DNA of 64,000 nucleotides from Candidatus Bathyarchaeia archaeon (lineage in GTDB: Archaea; Thermoproteota; Bathyarchaeia; Bathyarchaeales; Bathycorpusculaceae): assembly GCA_050010755.1 (NCBI GenBank), contig JBEKKK010000001.1:1088001-1152000 (forward strand). Reading direction: 5' to 3'. A model generated the notes under the pieces. The model made no database searches. It saw only the letters and a list, made by a program, of their open reading frames with translations, and was not told the DNA's origin. Each line of letters begins with the position of its first letter. The first letter of the stretch is position 1. Position numbers and translations under genes: made by a program. This document shows, one piece after another, positions 56,440 to 64,000 of this stretch.

Positions 56440-59361
56440 ATGGCGTTTTTGAAAAAAATCGAAGAAAAATGGCAGAAAAACTGGGAAAAAGCCAGAATCT
56501 TCGAAATAGACCCAGACCCTTCCAAGCCCAAGTATTTTGTAACCGTAGCCTATCCCTATCCTAACAGCCCACAACACATCGGCCACGGAAGAACCTACAC
56601 CATGGCAGACGTCCATGCACGGTACATGCGAATGCGCGGCTACAACACGCTGTTGCCGATGGCTTTCCATTACACGGGCACGCCAGTCCTGGCAATGGCC
56701 AAACGCCTCGCAGAGAACGACCAAGCCCTCATCAGCGACTTCATCAATGTCTACAAGATTCCAAAAGAAAAACTTAAGGAACTCACAGAACCCATCGCCA
56801 TGGCCCGCTACTTCCACAAGGAAATCAAAACCGGCATGAAAGAAATAGGCTACTCAATAGATTGGAGACGCGAATTCACCACCGTCGATCCGAACTATAA
56901 TCGCTTCATAGAATGGCAATTCCAAAAGCTTCGCAAAGGAGGATACATCACGCGAGGAAGCCATCCAGTCGGCTGGTGCCCCAAAGACGGAAACCCGGTG
57001 GGCCAACACGACACCGTCGGCGACGTTGAACCAGAAATAGGCGAATTCACCCTCATCAAATTCAAGCAGGATAACACTTTCTATCCAGCCGCCACGCTGA
57101 GGCCCGAAACAGTTTTCGGCGTCACAAACATATGGCTAAACCCCAAGGTAGAATACGTCAAAGCCACCGTTGACGGCGAACAGTGGATAATCAGCCAACA
57201 AAGCGCCTCGAAACTCGCCAGCCAAAACCGAAAAGTCAAAGTCCAAGAAACTATCAAGGGCAGAGAGCTGATAGGAAAACACGTCCAAAACCCTGTTACT
57301 GGAAAGAACATTCTCATACTTCCAGCAGATTTTGTGGAGCCCAAGAACGCGACAGGCGTCGTCATGTCAGTTCCTGGCCACGCTCCCTATGACCTTGTCG
57401 CCTTGGAGAACATAAAAAAAGAACCGCAAAAACTGAAACAGTACGGAATAACGGACAAAGACGTAGACTCGGTGCAGCCCATCTCGCTAATCGAAGTCAA
57501 GGAATACTCCGACATTCCAGCAGCTGATACGGTCAAGAAGATGAACATCAAAGAACAGTCAGACCCGAAGCTTGAGGATGCTACAAAAGAAGTCTACAGA
57601 CATGAGTTCCACAACGGCAAGATGAAAGCCAACACGGGCAAATACGCTGGCATGTCAGTGGCAGAAGCAAAAGACAAAGTCAAAGATGATCTAATACAGC
57701 AAGGCAAGGCTACAATAATGTATGAACTGCTAAACCGACCAGTCTTCTGCCGCTGCAAAGCAGAATGCATCGTCAAAATCGTCCAAAACCAATGGTTCAT
57801 CGACTATGGCAAGCCCGAATGGAAAACACTGGCACACAAGAACCTGGACACGATGGAAATACTGCCCGAAGAAGTGCGCCAAGAATTCAATAACGTAATC
57901 GACTGGCTACATGAAAAAGCCTGTGCCAGAAAATCCGGAATGGGCACACGCTTGCCCTGGGACAAGGACTGGATAATCGAATCCCTCTCAGACTCAACAA
58001 TCTACATGGCCTATTACACGATAGCTAGACACATCAAACAACACAGAATCCTACCAGATCAGCTGACGGACGAGGCATTCGACTACATATTCTTGGACGT
58101 TGGAGAACCCTCCGAAATCAGCATAAACACCGGCCTGGACGTCAAAGTCTTGAAGCAAATGCACGACGAATTCATGTACTTCTACCCGCTGGACAGCCGC
58201 CACTCAGCCCGCGAACTCATCCCCAACCACCTGACCTTTATGATATTCAACCACACCGCCATATTCCCAGCAAACCATTGGCCACGACAGATAGCCACCA
58301 ACGGACAGGTAATGATGGAAGGCTCAAAAATGAGCAAATCCTTCGGAAACATAATCCCCCTGCGCGAAGGCCTCGCCAAATTCGGCGCAGACCCGTTGAG
58401 ACTCAGCGTCCTGTCAACAGCCGAACTACTCCAAGACTCCGACTTCAGCCCAACAATAGCCAAATCAATGCACGACAGACTCGAAAAACTCTACAGATTT
58501 GCATCCGAAACCGCCAAAGTCCCGCGGAGGGAAATGCCGAAGAGAGCGTTGACGGCGATAGACAGGTGGATGCTCAGCAGACTTCAACAGCACATTAGAA
58601 ATGCAACTGAAGCTATGAACAAACTGGCCGTTCGCAAAGCCATACACACAACGCTCTATGAGCTAGACCAGGACATGCAATGGTACCAAAAACGCATTGC
58701 GGATGAAAAGGAAAGCCCTAGCAGAAAGGCCGCAACAGCCTACGTGTTCCATGAGGTTCTGGACTCGCAAATTCGGATGCTTGCACCGGTAGCCCCACAC
58801 ATGTGCGAAGAGATATGGGAAATGCTCGGCCAAAGAGACTTCATCGCCAGAACGCCTTGGCCGACACCAGAAGAATCGAGAATAGATATCAAGGCAGAGG
58901 AAAATGAATCCCTCATCATGAACGTGCTCGAAGACACTCAGAACATAATCAAAGCAACAGGCACAAAACCGAAAAAGATATGCTACTACACGGCTGCCCC
59001 GTGGAAATGGAAGACGTACCAGAAAGCCCTAGAAAAATCGGCATCAGAAAAAGTCCTACAGAAAGACCTCATGAAACAGCTCATGCAAGAACCCGACCTG
59101 AGGAAAAAAGCAGAAAAAGTAGCCAAATTCACCGCCCAAATCGTAGACGAAATCAACCGAACATCGGAAGAAACAAAACAGAGACGAACAAAAACTGGGA
59201 TCGTTCAAGAGGGCGAAACGTTAGAAGAAGCAAAAAACTTTTTCCAAAAAGAGTTTAACGTGGAAATCCAAGTCTGCAACGAAGAAGACACTAGGCGACA
59301 CGACCCCAAAGAGAGAGCACAACTCGCCAAACCCTACCGCCCAGCAATCTACGTAGAATAA
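56440..59361 (+). CDS. leuS: Leucine--tRNA ligase (archaeal type)
   Basis: HIGH, ATLRPET, KMSKS, WIIESLSDSTIY, C-terminal P.RPAIYVE. Confidence 0.97.
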   Translation: MAFLKKIEEKWQKNWEKARIFEIDPDPSKPKYFVTVAYPYPNSPQHIGHGRTYTMADVHARYMRMRGYNTLLPMAFHYTGTPVLAMAKRLAENDQALISDFINVYKIPKEKLKELTEPIAMARYFHKEIKTGMKEIGYSIDWRREFTTVDPNYNRFIEWQFQKLRKGGYITRGSHPVGWCPKDGNPVGQHDTVGDVEPEIGEFTLIKFKQDNTFYPAATLRPETVFGVTNIWLNPKVEYVKATVDGEQWIISQQSASKLASQNRKVKVQETIKGRELIGKHVQNPVTGKNILILPADFVEPKNATGVVMSVPGHAPYDLVALENIKKEPQKLKQYGITDKDVDSVQPISLIEVKEYSDIPAADTVKKMNIKEQSDPKLEDATKEVYRHEFHNGKMKANTGKYAGMSVAEAKDKVKDDLIQQGKATIMYELLNRPVFCRCKAECIVKIVQNQWFIDYGKPEWKTLAHKNLDTMEILPEEVRQEFNNVIDWLHEKACARKSGMGTRLPWDKDWIIESLSDSTIYMAYYTIARHIKQHRILPDQLTDEAFDYIFLDVGEPSEISINTGLDVKVLKQMHDEFMYFYPLDSRHSARELIPNHLTFMIFNHTAIFPANHWPRQIATNGQVMMEGSKMSKSFGNIIPLREGLAKFGADPLRLSVLSTAELLQDSDFSPTIAKSMHDRLEKLYRFASETAKVPRREMPKRALTAIDRWMLSRLQQHIRNATEAMNKLAVRKAIHTTLYELDQDMQWYQKRIADEKESPSRKAATAYVFHEVLDSQIRMLAPVAPHMCEEIWEMLGQRDFIARTPWPTPEESRIDIKAEENESLIMNVLEDTQNIIKATGTKPKKICYYTAAPWKWKTYQKALEKSASEKVLQKDLMKQLMQEPDLRKKAEKVAKFTAQIVDEINRTSEETKQRRTKTGIVQEGETLEEAKNFFQKEFNVEIQVCNEEDTRRHDPKERAQLAKPYRPAIYVE

Positions 59362-59602
59362 GTCAAATGCTTTCCGCGCGCCGTTAAACGGTTGAGACGT
59401 AACTGCTGAAAACCATCTTTAAAACTCTTTTTACCCTATACCTAGATAGAACTCGCCCCGAATTTTCCCACGCAAAAGCCCCCACCACTTTTGCAGCGAG
59501 TACGCGACCAATCAGAGAATTCTGGTGAATTTGAAATTCTCACCATGAAGCAATATAGAATAAAATATATCGACCAAACCCTTCCATTTATTGGCTGGAA
59601 AA

Positions 59603-59713
59603 GGATCCGTAGCGCAGCATGGATACAATTTGAGCCATAAAGCGCGTCGGCCTTCTAAGCCAAAAGCTGTAGAAAGCCGAAAGTCCTGGGTTCAAATCCC
59701 AGCGGATCCGCCA
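59603..59713 (+). tRNA. tRNA-Arg(TCT) with two introns (16 nt in the D-loop, 59625-59640; 17 nt at 37/38, 59658-59674), CCA encoded
   Basis: Removing both gives a 78-nt cloverleaf GGATCCG..TCGGC-CTTCTAA-GCCGA..CGGATCCGCCA; BHB-like motifs at both junction pairs. Confidence 0.85.
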
Positions 59714-60215
59714 TCATCAAGTGATTTTTCCTTTGGCCATCTTCCATTTTCTTTTTGTGCGAAACGCTCGCGCTGTTTGACTCCCTTCGAAAGATGCCCA
59801 AGCAACCGCATCTGCGATCAGTTGAAATATCCAGCATATAGAAGCCTAATCGAGTGCTTCTGGGCGAGTTGAAGACCCAAGAATGAGGATGATATTTGCC
59901 ATGTTTTTGAAAGATGAAAGACAGGTGGGAAAGCCAATATCGTTGATTTGAAGAACGCATGTTTCGGATATAGACTTAAACGACAAGCTTCACTTTAGAC
60001 ATTTCACGTTTTCAACTCTTGCCGCATACTTATCATCAACGTAGAAAGAAAAGAAAGAATAAACTTGGATATTCTTGGATTAGGCACGTAGAAGTAATAG
60101 GAGAGACTTTAGGTTTTTTCGAGGTTAGCACGCTGCAAGCGCACTAGACCATTTGCATACCACTAAATTGAAAAGCACACCGAGTCAGTGAAATGCTTGG
60201 GCAATTAAGAATGAG

Positions 60216-61475
60216 ATGGGATATCGTTTGGGGATGATGCGTTCAGTTGGTCCTTGGACAAAAGTCCTATCCAACTTGTCATCAATCGTGCATGTGTTAG
60301 TGACAGTGTTCTTTGGGTACCTGATTTCGTTGAGACAGACTGTAAGCCTCGATTTCTTCTTTGTCGCCGTGTTTGTTGTAACGTCGAAGCTTTTTTCAAT
60401 AGTTTTCGCAGAAGACAGGAGCGCTTCGAAGAAGACGATAGTTTACTCCACCATAGTCTTAGCCTTGTTAATTCTCCTTCTAACGCGACTTTCAACTTTT
60501 GAAATAATAATGGGCCTATTGATTCTGGTGCTCTACTCCCTCTATCCCCTATGCAACGGAAAAGCCCCGTTTGACGTCTTACATCATGCACTGAGATACA
60601 TCTTTCTCTTCATCTTAGGCTTTGGTTCGCAAGCATTTTGGAATGAATCGGCCCTGATGACGATATCGGCAATAGTGCTCTTCTCTCTGGCTGGAGAACT
60701 CCTTGCAGGATTAGCCAAGGGCAGCGATTTTCCTAAGAGTGCGGCTTCATTATTAGGAACCAGAGGATCGCTAACTGCAATTACTTCCCTCATCTTCGTT
60801 GCCACATTGATATCATCCTTCGTTATGAATAATCTGTTTGAGTTTCCGATCCCAATCAACGGCACGCTTGTTCCTTTCTACGTGATACCTGCCTTGGCCA
60901 TAGATCTTTATTTGACGATTCCTTTGATGAGAAAACTGAACGCGAAACACGTGGAAGCATTTCATTTGATGAGAAGAAAAGAAGTGGCAGCCCTTGTAGT
61001 CATGTCACTCGTAATATTGGTTGTATTCCAAACTGGAAGAATCGGCACAACAGTGACAGTCAACTCAACAGATTACAGCTTCAACGTAGGCATCAGAACC
61101 TTCATAGCAGGACCGCACAGTTGGGACGTACCGTGGATAGTTTTCAATTACGTAAACGAAGATAATTATTACTACGTTGTCTTCCACAAAGAAGGAGCCT
61201 TGGAATTGTCGCAGAAAATTGATGGGCAGCTACGATTATACGTATCCTCGTGTGCAACGCAGCTCACGCCATTCGAATGGCACAACTTTCAAATCGTCCT
61301 CAACGCGACGACTGTAACGGTGGAATTGGACGGAAAATACCGATTAACGACACCAAGAGAGCTGTATGCTGAGAATTCCAGTATAATAATTTCTCCAACA
61401 ACACCAAACCTAGCCCTCTGGATCGCCTGCTCCTACCGCATAACACTAATCAATGAAACCGATGCAGGCGCTTGA
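60216..61475 (+). CDS. Divergent UbiA-like membrane domain fused to a C-terminal ConA/LamG-like domain
   Basis: About nine TMs with K.PFD motif; C-terminal F.Y.NEDNYYYV...WHNFQI......V.LDG. Confidence 0.55.
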   Translation: MGYRLGMMRSVGPWTKVLSNLSSIVHVLVTVFFGYLISLRQTVSLDFFFVAVFVVTSKLFSIVFAEDRSASKKTIVYSTIVLALLILLLTRLSTFEIIMGLLILVLYSLYPLCNGKAPFDVLHHALRYIFLFILGFGSQAFWNESALMTISAIVLFSLAGELLAGLAKGSDFPKSAASLLGTRGSLTAITSLIFVATLISSFVMNNLFEFPIPINGTLVPFYVIPALAIDLYLTIPLMRKLNAKHVEAFHLMRRKEVAALVVMSLVILVVFQTGRIGTTVTVNSTDYSFNVGIRTFIAGPHSWDVPWIVFNYVNEDNYYYVVFHKEGALELSQKIDGQLRLYVSSCATQLTPFEWHNFQIVLNATTVTVELDGKYRLTTPRELYAENSSIIISPTTPNLALWIACSYRITLINETDAGA

Positions 61476-61799
61476 CCAGATGTGAAGCAATGGCGTCTTC
61501 TGTTGATGTACATATCTAAACTCTCTTTGAGATTGAGCGCAAACGAGCGCAAGCTAGACGCGTTGCCCTATCCCGATACCACTGTGTTTGGGGATTGAAA
61601 TTCAATCTCTTTCTTCTTCTATTTCGTCTATTTTAGCTTGCTATTAATTATCTCTCTTACTTTCCTCACCTTGACACAAGCAAAAAACAAGAAAACAAAC
61701 ACAGACAACAGATAGACACACGCAATGCGCGTGCTATCCCTGCTGGCCAATATGACCCCGCGTTTCATTTGGCGCTAGCTGCCTTATGAAAAACACGTA

Positions 61800-62009
61800 T
61801 CAAGGGAGATTGTATCGTTGTCTTCGTCCGCACTCAGGGCAGAAGCGAGCTGAGACGGAGATTTTGCTTTTACAGTAGGGGCAGATTTTTGAGATCCGTT
61901 GGGGACGCAACAGAGTCCCGCAAAAATTGCAGTAGTTAGAGTTAGAAGGAACTTGACTCCCGCATCGAGGACAAATCAAGTACTGTCCAGCGTATGAAGG
62001 AACGGGCAT
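61800..62009 (-). CDS. Double zinc ribbon protein
   Basis: Four CxxC pairs. Confidence 0.75.
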   Translation of the reverse strand: MPVPSYAGQYLICPRCGSQVPSNSNYCNFCGTLLRPQRISKICPYCKSKISVSARFCPECGRRQRYNLP

Positions 62010-62385
62010 CAGGACCCAGCCTCCGATGTTCAACTCGTCCACCTCGTTCGAATTCGGCCCTCGATATTCACTTCGCGCGTGCTAAGCGTAGTCGCTTTTC
62101 CTAGACTTTCCACGAAGACAACAATTGCAACTCGTATTAACAAGGGTTACGGACAACAAAACCCTTTTGGTCCACACCTTTCTTTAGCAGCATTACCACT
62201 ATGACACACTATAACGTTAATAGCGTTCAAGCGTGGCTGACATGAGTGCGCGAGTTCAAACGCTCATAGGCTACTCCCAGATTGGACAAATCTGCTCAAA
62301 GAATGCCAGGCAAGAAATCGGACCGTTTTTTGAAAGTGTTTATATCATCGATCTCGTCGGGTTTTAGTTAGTGAGATGAAAAAAC

Positions 62386-62634
62386 ATGAAGTTGTGGAAG
62401 ACTATCCTGATAGCAATAAGCGTGGCAATCTTGCCCCTCGCACTTGTAGGGGTCGGACAAGCTCAACAGTTGAATTGCTGGGGTCTGAGACCAAATCTGA
62501 CCGAAAGATCGGAGAACGCCGACTTCCCCGAACAACTGTTGTCTCAAGAGAGTGAAGACGACCCAGAGCTGAAGAGCGACACTGGTCACCATGCAGAAGA
62601 CGAAAACGACGCAGAAAACATAGGATCCAGTTAG
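62386..62634 (+). CDS. Small secreted acidic protein
   Basis: Signal peptide ending A-Q-like site, acidic low-complexity tail; TTTATA upstream. Confidence 0.55.
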   Translation: MKLWKTILIAISVAILPLALVGVGQAQQLNCWGLRPNLTERSENADFPEQLLSQESEDDPELKSDTGHHAEDENDAENIGSS

Positions 62635-62802
62635 CTCAGTTCGCCACCATGCGAAAGCGAAGCGCCCAATGCCTTATCGGTGAGACCTGTCCCTGACAGT
62701 TCTGATACGAAGTAGCCCGTAAATGTTTCACAAACTCTTCTTTTTCGAGCTAGTTCTGATAAGCTAAAATTCTAGTCCGTGCTCTAGACAAAGTGATACC
62801 TA

Positions 62803-63588
62803 TTGAAGTTCCGCCAGAAACTCGGATTAATGAAACGAAAGGCACCGCAACTGTTTCTTATTGCTATAGTTGTCATTGTGATTGCAATCGTATTTCTGGA
62901 CACCCTGGAAGACACTCTGATAGAGGGAGGCTCGTTCGCAGGGACACCTCTCGCCATGATAGCAAACGCAATCGTAGCGTTCACGCAGGGCGTTACAAAA
63001 ACAGTCTCGACTTGGGGTTATTCTGGAATTTTCTTGTTGATGCTGCTCGAATCGAGTTCTCTGCCGATTCCCAGCGAGGTCATACTTCCGTTTTCTGGTT
63101 ACCTTGTTTCCCTGGGCCAACTCAACGTGTGGATAGTCATAATTGTCTCAACTCTTGCCGGCATAGCAGGCTCGCTGATAGACTACTACATTGGAATGAA
63201 GGGAACAGACCTGCTCGCGCGACGAAGAATTCTGGATAAGCTTCTCTTCAACAAAGCGCGTCTCGAAACGGCTCAGAAATGGTTCGACAGGTACGGCGCC
63301 TTCGCAGTATTTCTGAGCCGAATGATCCCAGGATTTAGGACGCTGGTGTCATTTCCGGCGGGGGCCGTGAAGATGTCCGTATGGAAGTTTGTCGCGTACA
63401 CAACTGGCGGATGCCTAATCTGGAGTACCTTTCTAATTTACGTAGGAGTATATTTGGGCACCGACTGGCGAATGGTCGCGAGCGTATCACGTTACCTGAT
63501 CATAGGAGCTGTGGCGGTAATCCTTGTTTGGCTTGCCGTGTTCTTGATCAGAAGAAAAAAAGAAGTCCGTAAAATTCAGCATATTTGA
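62803..63588 (+). CDS. dedA: DedA family membrane protein
   Basis: LESSSLPIPSEVILPFSG, F.RYG, RMIPGFRTLVSFPAG. Confidence 0.92.
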   Translation: MKFRQKLGLMKRKAPQLFLIAIVVIVIAIVFLDTLEDTLIEGGSFAGTPLAMIANAIVAFTQGVTKTVSTWGYSGIFLLMLLESSSLPIPSEVILPFSGYLVSLGQLNVWIVIIVSTLAGIAGSLIDYYIGMKGTDLLARRRILDKLLFNKARLETAQKWFDRYGAFAVFLSRMIPGFRTLVSFPAGAVKMSVWKFVAYTTGGCLIWSTFLIYVGVYLGTDWRMVASVSRYLIIGAVAVILVWLAVFLIRRKKEVRKIQHI

Positions 63589-63597
63589 TTATGAGGG

Positions 63598-64000
63598 CTA
63601 CGGTGGTGCCACCCATGGAATCATCATACTCTTCTGCCTGTCCATCTCCTTCCAGTAGTCCCACTCTTTTGCGGTCATTCTCTCTATTTCTTCGATCATG
63701 CCATGGGTCAGGTGTTCGAATCTTTTTTGCATTCTCAGATATTCCTCCACATGTTTCCTCGGTTCTGGCCTGAAACTCAGGCTGAATTTCCCGTTTTCAT
63801 ACTCCCATGAAACCCAGAGCCCAGTCTCCAGAGCGCTTCTGCTCAGGTCCAGAGTGTATTTTGGATCTGTGAACCAGCCCTTAGGACAGGGGACTAGAAG
63901 ATGGATGAACGCTGGGCCGTCGGCCGCCAAGGCCTTCTTCGCCTTGTTGATGAAGTCCAAAGGCGGGTAAAGCGTGGACGTAGCAACATATCTCACGCCA
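63598..64000 (-). CDS. porB: Pyruvate/2-oxoacid:ferredoxin oxidoreductase beta subunit, 5'-truncated
   Basis: YVAT, GPAFIH.L.PCP.GW, VEEYL..QKRF.HL. Confidence 0.85.
   Translation of the reverse strand, partial: GVRYVATSTLYPPLDFINKAKKALAADGPAFIHLLVPCPKGWFTDPKYTLDLSRSALETGLWVSWEYENGKFSLSFRPEPRKHVEEYLRMQKRFEHLTHGMIEEIERMTAKEWDYWKEMDRQKSMMIPWVAPP

Noticed and set aside
59655-59960. ORF ending MADPLGFEPRTFG as an integrase N-terminal fragment
   Set aside because: Generic antisense translation of a tRNA T-arm; it stops within the tRNA and no integrase body follows.

Overview
Archaeal chromosomal segment, most consistent with Bathyarchaeia (inferred from a diphthamide-less EF-2 paralog, archaeal PurP/TiaS/Tsr3/AlaRS/LeuRS, multi-intron tRNAs, frequent TTG/GTG starts and REC-PAS kinases). 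It contains, in order: the end of a type IV pilus/Tad-like operon; a TrmB-VWA-MoxR AAA module with receiver and hypothetical genes; GT4; tRNA-Ile2(CAT); OGG1; an EF-2 paralog; a RIO-like kinase; purP/purC/purE; an accessory region (about 23-41 kb) with a candidate type II R-M pair, a frameshifted tyrosine integrase whose frame runs antisense through an intron-containing tRNA-Pro, and many small cargo genes; a housekeeping block (macro, tsr3, nnr, tiaS, alaS, ABC, ECF, leuS); a two-intron tRNA-Arg; further cargo; dedA; and partial porB. The most interesting unexplained signals are the integrase/tRNA-Pro architecture, a 13-bp-periodic repeat family flanking alaS, a recurrent AGC(G/A)CGCGC motif at cargo-gene boundaries, and a structured intergenic element carrying a sarcin-ricin-loop sequence near the EF-2 paralog. 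All family assignments are from motif recognition; no database searches were run.
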